A DNA stretch of 64,000 nt, from the IMG/VR virus record IMGVR_UViG_3300042937_001207; one strand, given 5' to 3'. A program made the translations under genes and the position numbers. The DNA is from an uncultured virus (IMG/VR IMGVR_UViG_3300042937_001207) (Duplodnaviria > Heunggongvirae > Uroviricota > Caudoviricetes). A model generated the notes under the pieces. That model ran no database searches. It worked only from the letters and a program-made list of their open reading frames with translations, and was not told where the DNA came from. Shown here in pieces: positions 10,274 to 20,723 of the stretch; position 1 is the stretch's first letter, and the number at the start of each line of letters is the position of its first letter.

Positions 10274-13200
10274 TTAGTACCTTTCTCTCCAATTTCTTTG
10301 TGCTCTTTCAATTTCCTGGACCACCTGTCTAGCAATGTCTTGAGGGGACTGATTTTCAGCTCCATAAACATTAACTGTCACAGGAGCTAATGCCACTCCG
10401 CCACCACTGGACGAAGAACCCTTGCCTGAAGAAACCCTGGTTACGCTGGTATCGCCAAGAGGTGGAACAACATGGAGGTGTCTGGAGCTGGCAGACCCGT
10501 GAAACTCCGCAAATCCTCCAGATTCAGAAATCATCTTCGCATATTGTCCAAGATTCTGTCCAGTAAGGTCATACGCTCTTCCGGCGGCATGGTCAGAGCT
10601 TGGTGAACCAAGACCAAATGTTCTAAAGGCGCTTGTTATTTTTCTTGAACCAGTCAACGCTGAATCAAAACGTGAATGAGCTGAGAGGGTTCTGCCAAGT
10701 GTTCTTGAAGTAGATGTATCCCCAATCATGCCACGTCTTGAACTGGTTGTGTCACCACCAATTAATCCAGCAGCAAGCATCTCGGTCCACCATTTTGGCT
10801 GTGTTTCCCACCACTCTGGAGTCGAGTCAAAACCCGTTTCTATCGCATCAAGGAACTGCTGATGTAGCTCTACTGCTACTTTGTCAAGACTCCCAGCGAG
10901 TATTGCTGCTTCAAGATTGTTTTGTGTTTGGAGAGCAGTAGAGTCTCCTGCCTGGAACTGGACGCCAAAACCTTCTAACAATTTCATTATTTCTGCGGAG
11001 TTATTAATGTTGGACATGTCCCCGGTTTTTAGGAATTGCTCAAATCCTGTTTGGTTAAATGTACCACTAGATATTGCAGCTGCAATTCTTTCATTTATCA
11101 CATTTCCAGCAACATCGCCTCGTGCAAATTGAGCTCCACCAAGATTTAGCAATCCGCTTATTCCTGGAGTAGCAATTTGGGAAGCGTATCCCTTGTATGC
11201 GGTGTTTGCTGCAGCTCCAGCGGCGCTTCTTCCGCTAATCATCAAACCACCGCCGATGTCCTGGATTCTATTAAATGCTGTTTCTAAACCTTTATTGCCA
11301 AAAAATGGAGAACTTGGGTCGGTAAATATTGAACCATTTGCAAAACTTCTAAACACTTCCATTTGTTTTGCTGGGTCATCTGGGAATGCAGAGGCAACAA
11401 AATCTGACATTGTTTTTTGGTAGTTAGCAAAATCATCTTGTGTTGCGCCAGCTCCAAGCTCTGATAAATCTTTTTGACTTGATTGCAACGCCTCAAACGA
11501 CTGACGTCTAGCTCGCACTTTGTCTAGTTCGTTTAGGGCTGAAGTCCGTATATCCTGCATTGCATTTTTTATATCTTCTGCAGTTTTCCGCATTGATTGG
11601 CCAAGGTCAGAAAAATTTTGAGTTAAACTCCGTGAAGCGTCAAAAAGATTGACTCCGGTTTCTTTGGCTAATTTAAATATCTCAGCTCTTGATTTGCCTG
11701 TTGACAAGGTTAATGCGTTCAAATTGTTTTCAAATTTTTTATAAGACTCGCCTTGCATTTTTAAAGCAGTATTATTTGACTCAAGCTGGTCAATAAAACC
11801 ACCGTCATTCATGTCAATGGATTGTGCCTGCTGCTGAGTTATTGTCCCAGTTGAAAGAAGGTAGTCTCTAACCGCAGAATCACCAGAGCCGCCTCTTGAC
11901 ATTGCTATTGCTTTGTCGTATATTTTTGTGTCTTTAGCAATTGCAGCAGTAGCGCTAACAGTGCTCAATATTGGACTTTTTAAGAGGGCCTCAATAGAAC
12001 GTGCTCCTGTTTGCTGAACCATTGAATCAGCTACACCTTTTGCTATTTTTGTTCTTCTGGCGCGCACAGTGAATATTCCGACTGCTGTTCCTATCGCAAA
12101 GCCTAAAGCTTTACCAATCGCCTGAGCCTGTGGGGGAAGGCCGGCAGTTAAAGCTCCAGCAATCTGCGCTCCAGTTGCGCCTCCAGCTATTGAACCAGCT
12201 AGGTAATTTGTTGTTTGTGAAAGAACTCCAACGCCGGCACCTGCAATTGCTCCCCTTTTCCCAAAGTATGAACCAGCAAGACCCATCTCGACACCAGAGC
12301 GAGCTGTGTCGTTTCCTATTTTTGAAGTAACACCAGAAGCCGTAATCAATGAACCAGCCATCCCAAGACCCGGAGTAAACGAACCCCTGAGTCCGGCCTG
12401 CATCGCCTCAACTCTGCCCGTCATCGCTCCACCAAATTTGGTTCTAAGCCCAAACATGGCGGCCTGTCTATTTGACATATTTTTCGTGGCTGCGTCTGCG
12501 AATTCCGCACCAGAAGCAGCGGTGTTCATAAATCTTGGGTCCCCGCTTCTTGCTGCTTTTAAAAGGTCTCCGTAGGACAACCTGCTCAATGAGGCTCTTG
12601 CTTTTTTTGCTGCAGTTAAGCCTGCTACATTGGTTATTTGTTTTCCGGTAATTGGGTCAAACTCTCCAATTTTTGCCTTTACCATTCCGGTTCTTGCATT
12701 CCTTCCGGTCTGACCTCTATATGATTCAACCGCTATCCGTGCACCCTTGTTTGAAACAGAATTTTGGTTTCCACCTAGCAAAATTGAACCTGAGTCAAAA
12801 AGCCTTGAACCGATACCACCTTTTCTTGCATATGCCGAACTTGCTCTAGTTCCTGCTTCTCCAAAACCAAAATCCCCAAACAAAGCCCTACTTAGTGGTC
12901 GATACATCGCAGCTTGTCTATATCCGTATGCACTAGCAGTAGCTGGCCCTGATTTGGCTCCGACTCCGCCACCTCTTCCCCTGAACCTGCGTCGACCCTT
13001 GAAGCCTGCATACATCAGACCCATCGTTAATGCAGACGAAAGAACAGGGCCCATTCCGGCATCAATCGTCCCACTTTTTCCACCTCCACCACCAAGTGTT
13101 CCTGTCAGACTAATTACTGCGGACAATCCTCTTACGAGCGATGCCAAACCATTGACGATTTGAGTCAGCACTGGCAGGGCTTCCGTAAAAGCAACTTTCA

Positions 13201-14632
13201 TTGCAGCAAAGAAATCAAATACTGAGAATATTAAACCCTCAAGAGCTTTGCCCCATTTTAGAAACGCCTCTTCATTATCCTCGGCAAGATAGCCGAGTTG
13301 CTCTGCATTTCTGCCAAATCCTTTTACCAATGCAAGAAGCGGCTCTCCAAATGTGTCGGTAATTATCTTTGAACCAGCTCTAAATTTATCTAAAGATTTT
13401 ACAAATTGAGCAAAAGAAGCTTTAAGGTCACTAAATGTTTTTCTCAACCAATCAGCACCGCCACTTATCTTTGGCAAGTAATCTCTTAGCAACTTTACAG
13501 AAAACTCTTCAAGAGAGTCTCCTATTGTCATTAAACCTGGCAACATTTTTGCTGTTGCAAATTCACTAATAATGCTTTCTGTTCTTCTAAAAGTATTCCT
13601 AAAATTTTTATAAAAAGACTCAAGAACGTCTTTTGCTGGTTCTAAAAGCTTTCTACCAAAGTCAGAAAGTTGCATAACCAAATCAGTCAGGAAGGATTGA
13701 AACTGACCCACAAGTGTTTGCTGCATCTTGTAGTTACCAGTAACTCCGGCAACACCAGCCAACTGTCCGCTTGAAAGCGCTGCGAGTATTGCTCCTGATG
13801 ACTTGTCCTTTTGTCCTGCAACGGCTTTTGCAAACTCCGGACTTACGGACTGAGCAGCTGTTGTTGCTTTTGAGTCAACTTTTTTTGCTTTTGTTACAAG
13901 GCCAATAAACTGAGAAAGACTTTGAAATGCTTTCTTTGGGTCTTCTGCTGTCGTTGTAAAGTCAAGAGCACCGGCCAAGGCTTTTCTTTGTGCAGCGCTT
14001 ACTGGAGCCTGTTTTGCCATGGCGGTATATGCTTGCGTAAGTGCAACAACTCCGACAGTTGCCAAAGATGTATCTTTTGCAAAATTCCTCATTGCGCTTG
14101 ATGACTGTTCCATGCCATCACCTAGGTCACTTACGCCCTTGTAGCTAAATGCCGTCATTGCTGCTGTGTATTCCTGAAAGGCTGCAATACCTATACCTAC
14201 CGCAGCCGTCACAGAAGCTAGGGCCCCGGCTAATAGACCTAGAGAAACCTGGTACGCCTTAACCGCCATCCGCCCAAGAGTAAAAGCCAGATTAACTGAA
14301 GCTAGGGTGGCTGCCGTTATCGCAAACTCTATACCTAGCGCAATCACGACCCAAAAGATTGCTCTCATTGATTTATTTAAAACACCTAGTAGTTTCTGCG
14401 ATGTCATCGTTTGGTTATTGAAACCACGGGTCGCTTTCACCGCACCCATTGCCCCACCTGAATAGCTTCTGAACGAAGTAGTTGTCTTATTTAAGGACTG
14501 TGTGAATTTATTTGAGTTTGTTGAACCGTTTCCAAGGGCTGCATTGAGCGCATTCATCTGTCCAAGCGCAGACGCAAAATCTTTCTTGTCTGTGGTTACA
14601 TTTATCTTGATTGTTGCGCGTGCGTCAGCCAC
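10274..14632 (-). CDS. tape measure protein with C-terminal peptidase M15-like domain
   Basis: 1452 aa, Ala/Gly-rich and helical with hydrophobic stretches, downstream of the chaperone. SDHAAGRAYDL...RHLHV near the C-terminus. Confidence 0.9.
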   Translation of the reverse strand: MADARATIKINVTTDKKDFASALGQMNALNAALGNGSTNSNKFTQSLNKTTTSFRSYSGGAMGAVKATRGFNNQTMTSQKLLGVLNKSMRAIFWVVIALGIEFAITAATLASVNLAFTLGRMAVKAYQVSLGLLAGALASVTAAVGIGIAAFQEYTAAMTAFSYKGVSDLGDGMEQSSSAMRNFAKDTSLATVGVVALTQAYTAMAKQAPVSAAQRKALAGALDFTTTAEDPKKAFQSLSQFIGLVTKAKKVDSKATTAAQSVSPEFAKAVAGQKDKSSGAILAALSSGQLAGVAGVTGNYKMQQTLVGQFQSFLTDLVMQLSDFGRKLLEPAKDVLESFYKNFRNTFRRTESIISEFATAKMLPGLMTIGDSLEEFSVKLLRDYLPKISGGADWLRKTFSDLKASFAQFVKSLDKFRAGSKIITDTFGEPLLALVKGFGRNAEQLGYLAEDNEEAFLKWGKALEGLIFSVFDFFAAMKVAFTEALPVLTQIVNGLASLVRGLSAVISLTGTLGGGGGKSGTIDAGMGPVLSSALTMGLMYAGFKGRRRFRGRGGGVGAKSGPATASAYGYRQAAMYRPLSRALFGDFGFGEAGTRASSAYARKGGIGSRLFDSGSILLGGNQNSVSNKGARIAVESYRGQTGRNARTGMVKAKIGEFDPITGKQITNVAGLTAAKKARASLSRLSYGDLLKAARSGDPRFMNTAASGAEFADAATKNMSNRQAAMFGLRTKFGGAMTGRVEAMQAGLRGSFTPGLGMAGSLITASGVTSKIGNDTARSGVEMGLAGSYFGKRGAIAGAGVGVLSQTTNYLAGSIAGGATGAQIAGALTAGLPPQAQAIGKALGFAIGTAVGIFTVRARRTKIAKGVADSMVQQTGARSIEALLKSPILSTVSATAAIAKDTKIYDKAIAMSRGGSGDSAVRDYLLSTGTITQQQAQSIDMNDGGFIDQLESNNTALKMQGESYKKFENNLNALTLSTGKSRAEIFKLAKETGVNLFDASRSLTQNFSDLGQSMRKTAEDIKNAMQDIRTSALNELDKVRARRQSFEALQSSQKDLSELGAGATQDDFANYQKTMSDFVASAFPDDPAKQMEVFRSFANGSIFTDPSSPFFGNKGLETAFNRIQDIGGGLMISGRSAAGAAANTAYKGYASQIATPGISGLLNLGGAQFARGDVAGNVINERIAAAISSGTFNQTGFEQFLKTGDMSNINNSAEIMKLLEGFGVQFQAGDSTALQTQNNLEAAILAGSLDKVAVELHQQFLDAIETGFDSTPEWWETQPKWWTEMLAAGLIGGDTTSSRRGMIGDTSTSRTLGRTLSAHSRFDSALTGSRKITSAFRTFGLGSPSSDHAAGRAYDLTGQNLGQYAKMISESGGFAEFHGSASSRHLHVVPPLGDTSVTRVSSGKGSSSSGGGVALAPVTVNVYGAENQSPQDIARQVVQEIERAQRNWRERY

Positions 14633-14670
14633 GGATTACCTCAGAATGACAATAGGAGGACACTCCTAGT

Positions 14671-14862
14671 TTAGCGTGATTCGCTCTCCGCACGTTTACG
14701 GTCTGCTTCAATCACCTTTGCACATGCATACCTAATCAGCCACTCATCTGGCTCCGAGTTAAGTATTACGATTGGGTCTGTTCCCCACAGTTCGCCAAGT
14801 CTGGCTGCTGCGGCCACTCGAGGGTCTTCGGAAAGTTCCTCTATGACCGTTTCGTAGGGTTT
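14671..14862 (-). CDS. -1 frameshift extension of tail assembly chaperone (gpGT-like)
   Basis: Slippery heptamer A-AAC-CCT at 14862-14856. The -1 frame reads ...YETVIEELSEDPRVAAAARLGELWGTDPIVIL...ESESR to TAA at 14671. Confidence 0.75.
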   Translation of the reverse strand, partial: KPYETVIEELSEDPRVAAAARLGELWGTDPIVILNSEPDEWLIRYACAKVIEADRKRAESESR

Positions 14863-15326
14863 TCAGTGGCCTCCGCAGAGATTGTGTCGCCGAAACCACA
14901 TGCTTCAATAATTGCAAGAGCTGCTGCTTCAACGTGTGCATCCAAACCAAAAAACTTCTGTACTGCGTCTGGAACTGCTTTTGTTGTTTCTGTCATTTCC
15001 AAGATGATTGACGAACCAAAAGTACATGGCCATCCATCATCAAGAACTTCTTCACCGTTCAAAAACACGCCTTTTGTGGTTTGACCCACAACAGTGCAAG
15101 CAAACTTTGTTGCGTCCATTCCCTTAGGAGAATCTCCGCCACACTGTTTCTGCCATGCTCTCATTTGCTGCTGAGTTACATTTGGGCTAACTAGCAACTT
15201 AACGCCAATGCGTTCAGGAACCTCGATAAAAACTTCCGCCCGTTCTACCTTCTTGGCAATAACAGACTTAAGTTGATTGAGGATTGTTTCTTCTTGAATT
15301 TCTTTAGGAGCTGATTTTTCTGTCAT
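14841..15326 (-). CDS. tail assembly chaperone (gpG-like)
   Basis: Between tube and tape measure genes, ending ENPTKRS. ATG at 15326 lies 6 nt after TAGATT. Confidence 0.8.
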   Translation of the reverse strand: MTEKSAPKEIQEETILNQLKSVIAKKVERAEVFIEVPERIGVKLLVSPNVTQQQMRAWQKQCGGDSPKGMDATKFACTVVGQTTKGVFLNGEEVLDDGWPCTFGSSIILEMTETTKAVPDAVQKFFGLDAHVEAAALAIIEACGFGDTISAEATENPTKRS

Positions 15327-15374
15327 GCCCAAAATCTAGCACACGGTTAATGCGTGATGGTAGATGTGTTTTGT

Positions 15375-15833
15375 TTAGAAGTTAAATGTATCGCCACTAA
15401 CATTTGCAGGACCCTTGTTCACTGAGAACGTGAGTGCAAATGTTGCTGGAGCACCGGATGAGGAGTCTCCATCTGGCTCTGTCAGGCCCACCAACAAGCA
15501 GTTGGAGTACGCTCTGTCAGGCTTGCCCGAAGAAATGTCACAGTTTAGATAATAAATAGTCACATTATAAAATGCCGAGCCGACATACTGACGAAGCTGG
15601 TTTAACTTGCCTCTATCAGCGTCGTCGTAGTGCTTGGTTATAGTGATGTCTCCGACTTCGGAAGGAGCACAGAGCAGTTCAGGGAACTTCTCTCCACCAA
15701 CGTAGATTTTTTCTACGGCGGCAGTTATCTCGCCACCCGAAACTTGAGCAAAATATCCAGAAAGGTCTGGATGAACAGTTGGTTGAACTGCTGCAATTTT
15801 TGCCAATATTTGACGCTGAGAAAGCTTAGCCAT
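15375..15833 (-). CDS. tail tube protein
   Basis: 152 aa directly downstream of the sheath, with FAQVSGGEITA...GDITITK...AYSNCLLVGLTEPDGDSSS. Confidence 0.85.
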   Translation of the reverse strand: MAKLSQRQILAKIAAVQPTVHPDLSGYFAQVSGGEITAAVEKIYVGGEKFPELLCAPSEVGDITITKHYDDADRGKLNQLRQYVGSAFYNVTIYYLNCDISSGKPDRAYSNCLLVGLTEPDGDSSSGAPATFALTFSVNKGPANVSGDTFNF

Positions 15834-15849
15834 TGTGATTTTCCTCCGT

Positions 15850-17313
15850 TTAGCCTAGCGAAGACGTAAGATTTGATTTTGTTATTTCGACTTCAATAGT
15901 GTCACCTATACTTGACACTCTTGCGCCGACCTTAGCTTTAACCACTCCAGTGGCAAGCTGTGAAATTGGGTTGATTGCGTCGTTTACCTGGATTGTGTAG
16001 CCAGGGTCAAGGCGCTTTCCGTCTGTGTTGTACAACTCAAACAGTCCACCAGCTTTTGAAATTGGGTCAAGGACATTGATGAGCACAGCAGCTACTTCAC
16101 CGAAGAGGCTCCTTCTGCCATCAATCACCGAGAACACAAGTGCTTCAAGGCCAACCTGAGCTTTATCAATGATGTCATTGAGAACTTCTCTTGAGTTGAT
16201 GTATCTGAAGTTAACCGTGTCAGTTGAAGCTGAGCGTGCTCCGTAAATTCTTACGGTTCCGCTGATGACTCTAATTGGGTTGATGTAGACAAGGTCCAAA
16301 GCATCAGCCTGAGTTGATGAAATTGTTGTCTGAACACCATTTACAAAACGCGCTTCGCTCTTTAGGCCTGCATAAGCGTGCCATGAACCAAGCTGATTGT
16401 GTACCGCAGCTCTCTTGGCTGCAATAAAGCCTTCGCAAGGAACAGAAATTGTTAGGCTTCCTCTAGGAATTTTTACCCAAGGATAAAACCATGCAGCGTT
16501 TTCTGCGCCTTCTCTGTCTTCGTAGGTCGAGGTTACGCTCAAAACATCGTTGACCGTATCGTCCTTGTCAAATCCAAGCAAAGCAATTCTGTTATTTGCT
16601 TTTGCGTGGTCTATCAAGTCCTCGTACACGGCTTGCGTGTAGAAACCAGGAGCTGCTACGGCACCAGGTCCAAGAGTTGGAATAAAAGCGTCAAGAGCAG
16701 TTTCGACATTTGCGTCCGTAACCGTAGTTCCGTTTCCGCCTCCGGTAAATACAAGTCTTGCAGCAGACGTGACCACTGCTGGAAGTGTATTACTTGCTCC
16801 AGCAACAGCAGTTACATACAAAGAAGCAATTGTGCTGTTATTGATTTCATCAAGCAACTCAGCTCTTGTTGTGCAAATTGGGGTTGAGTAAACAAGAATG
16901 TCATTTGAGAAAACACGAAGTCTGACATTTACTCCAACTGTTGGCTGAGCAACTTCTACTTCAAGAACGCCAGATTGTGGCCATGTTCCTTCACCAGAAG
17001 CAATCAGCGTGATGGATGTTCCGGAAGTTCCTGGAACTGCGCAGGATGCGCTTGTTGCATCCGAAGGAATTACTCTTGAGACATAAGCTCTTGAGCCGCC
17101 CTCTTCAAAAAACATTTGAATTGACTCGTGAACATAACCGGCAGATGTATATCCGCCATAAATAGCGTTGTAATCAGCAACGCTTGTAATAAGCTTTGCG
17201 CTGCCTTCTGGCCCTTTTTCTGTAACGCCAGCTATAAACAGTGTCGATGTAGGTGCAGTAGTTGTAGTTACTGGACCTGTTCTTACTGCTGTGGTGAGTA
17301 CGATGCCCGCCAT
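15850..17313 (-). CDS. tail sheath protein
   Basis: LFIAGVTEKGP, FFEEGGSRAYVSRV, AAWFYPWV and INPIRVISGTVRIYGARS are sheath signatures. Confidence 0.93.
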   Translation of the reverse strand: MAGIVLTTAVRTGPVTTTTAPTSTLFIAGVTEKGPEGSAKLITSVADYNAIYGGYTSAGYVHESIQMFFEEGGSRAYVSRVIPSDATSASCAVPGTSGTSITLIASGEGTWPQSGVLEVEVAQPTVGVNVRLRVFSNDILVYSTPICTTRAELLDEINNSTIASLYVTAVAGASNTLPAVVTSAARLVFTGGGNGTTVTDANVETALDAFIPTLGPGAVAAPGFYTQAVYEDLIDHAKANNRIALLGFDKDDTVNDVLSVTSTYEDREGAENAAWFYPWVKIPRGSLTISVPCEGFIAAKRAAVHNQLGSWHAYAGLKSEARFVNGVQTTISSTQADALDLVYINPIRVISGTVRIYGARSASTDTVNFRYINSREVLNDIIDKAQVGLEALVFSVIDGRRSLFGEVAAVLINVLDPISKAGGLFELYNTDGKRLDPGYTIQVNDAINPISQLATGVVKAKVGARVSSIGDTIEVEITKSNLTSSLG

Positions 17314-17366
17314 TTGTTACTCCTTCGGTTCCTAACTAGAATTTTTTAGGTTCTTTAACCACAGCG

Positions 17367-17375
17367 ATGATACCA
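17367..17375 (-). promoter_or_regulatory. extended -10 promoter (TGGTATCAT) upstream of sheath
   Basis: Minus strand reads ...tatggTGGTATCATcgctg about 55 nt upstream of the sheath start, with a GGAG RBS before the ATG. Confidence 0.4.
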
Positions 17376-17437
17376 CCATAGTTGAACCTTTTCTGGCAAC
17401 TTATTTTTATAAACTTTATTTCAATGTCACATCTATA

Positions 17438-17776
17438 TTAGCGTGTCGGACAGCACTTCCCGGGTGGAATAGCTCCACCGGAAGGAATCATCTGTGATTT
17501 GTTTTTTGCAACTTTTGTTATTTTGTTGACAATAGGTTTTTCGGTTAAGTCATTTTCGTCTATTGAGAATTCAATATTTGTCAATATTGACTTATTTAGC
17601 TGTTTAATTACAATTAAATCAAATGGATTCACCGCTGCGTAGGAATCTGGAGTCAGGTAGTTGCCTTTTGAGTCAGCAATAATCGTTCTACCAGATGTGT
17701 TTCTAACCTGAATCATTCCAGAGAACCTTTTAGCCAATATCGGGCTCTCTGTTTCTAGGTGCTCAAAATCACTCAT
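17438..17776 (-). CDS. hypothetical protein
   Basis: 112-aa ORF overlapping the upstream stop. Confidence 0.55.
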   Translation of the reverse strand: MSDFEHLETESPILAKRFSGMIQVRNTSGRTIIADSKGNYLTPDSYAAVNPFDLIVIKQLNKSILTNIEFSIDENDLTEKPIVNKITKVAKNKSQMIPSGGAIPPGKCCPTR

Positions 17777-18365
17777 TTAAGTACCAATCTGAAGGATTTT
17801 GCCAATCAAGTTCAATTTCACTCACTATGCCTAGATTTTGCCGTTCTATTACCTCTTCGATTCTTAGGTCATATCCGATGTAGGCCCCAGCCAGGTACCT
17901 ATCGCCTTTAAGAAGTGTTAACTCTGAATACTCTTCGTTAATTGAAGACTCTTCTATGATTGCTTCCCTAGCTGGGTTTGACCTTTTTAAACATGGATTA
18001 TCCATTAGTGCTGAACGCACAACAGTGGTGAGCCTGTCCCTCATGAGTGTTGTGTCTTGTGCCCCGTCGCTTCTAGCCCATACGTATGTTCGCATTGCGT
18101 AAATAACATTGTATTCCGGATTGTTGGTTGCGTTAAAACCAATTCTTGTTAGAGACTTGGTTGATATAGCAACAGTTATTATTGTTGGCCACTTATCCAT
18201 TGCCAATGGCTCGTATGCAAATATGTCTTCTATGTCTGGCAGCTCTCCAGAGCTTAAATTCCATGCATTTCTGTATCGAACTAATCTTGTTGGCATTTCA
18301 ACTGAAAGATAGTCGTTAACAAATTGCTTTGCATATTGTGGTCCATACATCACCTCTGCAGCCAT
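17769..18365 (-). CDS. tail terminator/completion protein
   Basis: 198 aa upstream of the sheath, with WPTIITV...YAMRTYVW...RDRLTTVVR. Confidence 0.6.
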   Translation of the reverse strand: MAAEVMYGPQYAKQFVNDYLSVEMPTRLVRYRNAWNLSSGELPDIEDIFAYEPLAMDKWPTIITVAISTKSLTRIGFNATNNPEYNVIYAMRTYVWARSDGAQDTTLMRDRLTTVVRSALMDNPCLKRSNPAREAIIEESSINEEYSELTLLKGDRYLAGAYIGYDLRIEEVIERQNLGIVSEIELDWQNPSDWYLNE

Positions 18366-18961
18366 CAGATACCTGGAACCTTGCTTACACCAGCTACATA
18401 ATCTGCGACCACAGAACTTGCAAACTCAGCAAAACCCAATGGCTCGTATACGACTTGTCTTTTTGGCATCTTGAACGTGCCGGTCTGATGAAACCTTGCG
18501 TAGGGTATGGCTGTTCCAATTTCAAAAGATGTTGTTGTTTCCTTTTGAACCAAAGGAGTAGTTGTTAGTGACTCCATCAACGCACCGGTTCTCACCATAG
18601 GAGGAGCTCCCGGAAAACGGATTGATTTCCACGCAGCGTATTTTGCGTCAAGTGGCTTCCATCCACCAGAAGGGAGACCGTTGGATGCAAAGTTTGCAGC
18701 GTTCATTGCTTGTATCTGCTTTTTTAAAACAGGGAATACCGGTGCTGTAAATGAACCACGTGCACCAATTTCTGCAAGTAATTCATATGCTTCGGTAAAA
18801 TCAGGTTCAAATTCAACCCGTGAACCACCAGGTGAATTTGACCCAATAGAATCAATAGCTTTTTCTAAAGCTTTTATTTCTCCAATTACCTTTAATAATG
18901 ATTTTTTATCAAAATCAGTATCAACTTTTAGAGAACGGTAAACATCTCTTGGAGAGTCCAT
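18365..18961 (-). CDS. virion morphogenesis protein (Mu gpG-like)
   Basis: WKPL..KYAAWK...MVRTGALMESL...IGTAIPYARFHQTGT..MPKR. Confidence 0.85.
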   Translation of the reverse strand: MDSPRDVYRSLKVDTDFDKKSLLKVIGEIKALEKAIDSIGSNSPGGSRVEFEPDFTEAYELLAEIGARGSFTAPVFPVLKKQIQAMNAANFASNGLPSGGWKPLDAKYAAWKSIRFPGAPPMVRTGALMESLTTTPLVQKETTTSFEIGTAIPYARFHQTGTFKMPKRQVVYEPLGFAEFASSVVADYVAGVSKVPGI

Positions 18962-19821
18962 TAAGCAATTCTTCTTCGCTTATATGATTTCATGGCTGCT
19001 AATTCTTTTTCTAAAAACCCAGTTTCAAGCGGCGCAACATTTCTTGTGTTTAAATCTTTTAGACCAACAACATCGTCATGCATGTTTTGCACCTCACGAG
19101 CCGCTGCTCTGAGAATCATTAGCTTAAACATTTTTATTGCTGAACCATCAAGGCCACCGGTGTATGTGATGCTAACTACGTCGTTTGGAAATCCTCTATA
19201 CAACTCAACACCGTATCTGTGTACTGTGTAATCATTTCCTGTTGCTGTAGCTAAACCGCCGGACACATAGGAACCACTAGCTCCAGCTGCGTCTCCAACT
19301 GTAAACGTAGTAGCAGTTACTGCGGTTATCTCTCTACCACTAACTTGAAGACTGGAAGGATTTATGTCCGAGACTGTAACTCTTTGGCCGACTGTGAAGT
19401 CGTTTGTTGCGGTAAAAACAATTGATGCTCCACTAACCGAAGCTGCGGTTATCGTTGCTTTTCTTTGTATTGCCTCAGCAAGATTAACTGGGTCTGCAGA
19501 AAGATTTCTTATACTGACTCTTTTTACATTTGATATTGGGGTGTTTCTTGCGTAAATAACCTGTGATGGTTGAATATAGTTAAGCCCATCATCGGTTGAG
19601 CTTAAGCTATGGTCATAAAAAAAAGAAGTTGCTGGTACGCCCTGAAAGTAAGATGGGATTACATGCTCTTCTGTCACTTCATCCTGTGTGACTGGTCTTC
19701 CAAGGAAAGCCTCAAGCTCACTCTGGAGACCCTCTAGAATATCTACAACAGCGTCCTCTTGTCTCTGCGTAAGAGAGATGTCCATGTATGTTTTTAAATG
19801 ACGAACCTCGACCAATGACAT
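18961..19821 (-). CDS. head-tail adaptor protein with inserted beta domain
   Basis: LKTYMDI...ELEAFLGRP at the N-terminus and VSITYTGG...LAAMKSYKRRRIA at the C-terminus. Confidence 0.75.
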   Translation of the reverse strand: MSLVEVRHLKTYMDISLTQRQEDAVVDILEGLQSELEAFLGRPVTQDEVTEEHVIPSYFQGVPATSFFYDHSLSSTDDGLNYIQPSQVIYARNTPISNVKRVSIRNLSADPVNLAEAIQRKATITAASVSGASIVFTATNDFTVGQRVTVSDINPSSLQVSGREITAVTATTFTVGDAAGASGSYVSGGLATATGNDYTVHRYGVELYRGFPNDVVSITYTGGLDGSAIKMFKLMILRAAAREVQNMHDDVVGLKDLNTRNVAPLETGFLEKELAAMKSYKRRRIA

Positions 19822-19827
19822 TTTAAA

Positions 19828-20100
19828 CTAGCCTCTTCCGGTTATTCGGCGTCGTGCCTCCTGAGCCAAATTTCTTCCTTCCCCAGGAGTGGTTCTTTGT
19901 CTAGCGCCTCGTCCAAACTGGATGCTGTCTGCGAGTCTTCTAACGGAATACGCAACAGCCCTTCTCCACCATGCTGGTTTTCTTTGTGCGGCAGGGGTTG
20001 GCACAGGGACCAGTTCGGTTCCTGTCTGTTCAAGCTCTGGAATTACGTCTACGGCTTCTTCTGTAAGCTCTTCATCTTCTACATCAGACGGAAAATTCAT
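19828..20100 (-). CDS. hypothetical protein (acidic N-half, Arg-rich C-half)
   Basis: ATG at 20100 after GGAGG, with a TAAAAT -10 element upstream. Confidence 0.6.
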   Translation of the reverse strand: MNFPSDVEDEELTEEAVDVIPELEQTGTELVPVPTPAAQRKPAWWRRAVAYSVRRLADSIQFGRGARQRTTPGEGRNLAQEARRRITGRG

Positions 20101-20162
20101 TAAGACCTCCGGGTCAAATACTAACAAGCATTTTACACCAGCTATCTCTATAAAGACGAAAC

Positions 20163-20714
20163 TTACCTATCTGCGTTTGGCGGCCGTTCAAGTGAAGGCA
20201 TTTCGGGCTCACTTGGTGCCTCGATTGGAACCCAGGCCCTAGAGTAAACATGTTCTTTGATTTTGCGCTGTTTTATAACTGTTCCGTCAACCATCGCCGC
20301 AATTTCTGAGTTGCTCATCGTAAGTAGGTCTTTGATTTGTTCAATTGAGTATTTTTTTGAATGGACAACAGAGCGGACAAGGTTTGAGAGGTGTTTAGTG
20401 ACAACCTCGCCCCTGCCACGGTTTAGCCTGACATGCATAAGCATTGCATCCATGTCGTCAACATCCACCAGAACGATTGGAACCTTGCCATTGATTTTTG
20501 ATGACTCCTGCTGTGCGCACAGCCACCTGTGGAATCCATCAATGATTGTCATTGAGCTTTTCTGGACGATTATTGGGCTAACCCACCCAAAATCAATCAT
20601 TGAGCCGGCGAGAACCTTCATGTCTGGCTTCAGCGTGTGGGTGACCCGCCATTCAGCTGGCTTTAACTTTTCTGGTTCAATCCATACGACACTGTTAATT
20701 GGGGAATTTGCCAT
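20163..20714 (-). CDS. ParB/Srx-like protein (IbrB-like)
   Basis: SMIDFGWVSPIIV...IIDGFHRW...HVRLNRGRG, adjacent to the PAPS-reductase gene. Confidence 0.8.
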   Translation of the reverse strand: MANSPINSVVWIEPEKLKPAEWRVTHTLKPDMKVLAGSMIDFGWVSPIIVQKSSMTIIDGFHRWLCAQQESSKINGKVPIVLVDVDDMDAMLMHVRLNRGRGEVVTKHLSNLVRSVVHSKKYSIEQIKDLLTMSNSEIAAMVDGTVIKQRKIKEHVYSRAWVPIEAPSEPEMPSLERPPNADR

Positions 20715-20723
20715 TTAGAAATC

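Noticed and set aside
4077..17313. Contractile injection system or tailocin
   Set aside because: Terminase, portal, prohead protease and neck genes are present, so this is a phage tail.
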